In this document: piece by piece, positions 61,587-64,000 of the stretch
How the letters are laid out: every line of letters begins with the position of its first letter
How positions within the stretch are numbered: position 1 is the first letter of the stretch
Assembly: GCA_963692865.2 (NCBI GenBank)
Contig: OY843592.1
Span: 3,552,001-3,616,000, forward strand
Origin: a bacterium
Lineage (GTDB): Bacteria > UBA8248
DNA: 64,000 bases
Direction of reading: 5' to 3'
Made by a program: the position numbers and the translations under genes
Notes under the pieces: generated by a model
Told to the model about the DNA's origin: nothing
The model's database searches: none
The model's input: only the letters and a program-made list of their open reading frames with translations

Positions 61587-64000
<2,414 letters not shown>

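Overview
GC-rich bacterial chromosome segment. The gene order (DUF507 pair-coaE-rho-rpmE-prfA-prmC-murA-hisG-hisD-hisB-hisH-hisA) suggests a Nitrospinota/Nitrospirota/deltaproteobacteria-like lineage (inference only). Bases 1-31 kb are minus-strand housekeeping genes: his genes, translation factors, tRNA-Gly(CCC), glycine cleavage, fatty-acyl-CoA catabolism, rluD-lspA-ileS-trpS. Bases 31-61 kb are an accessory mosaic: hydrolases, cupins, oxidoreductases, a Y-family polymerase with a small Zn-finger partner, a minimal methyltransferase/nuclease pair, an orphan HigA and a glycosyltransferase island. aceE runs off the right end. The most striking structure is non-coding. Fourteen intergenic loci (roughly 4.6 kb) carry a shared ~15-bp terminal inverted repeat (GGGGTTGTTGAAAAA...TTTTTCAACARCCCC, IS1182/IS5-like) and are filled with modular, nested palindromic REP families. 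Several have readable target duplications, some sit on stop codons, some sit in the apex of other REPs, and no transposase is in the window. A second notable signal is a 20-bp motif (17/20 identical) overlapping the predicted transcription starts of both the Y-family polymerase operon and the methylase/nuclease operon. All coordinates were read by eye and start codons were re-chosen where the ORF track over-extends.
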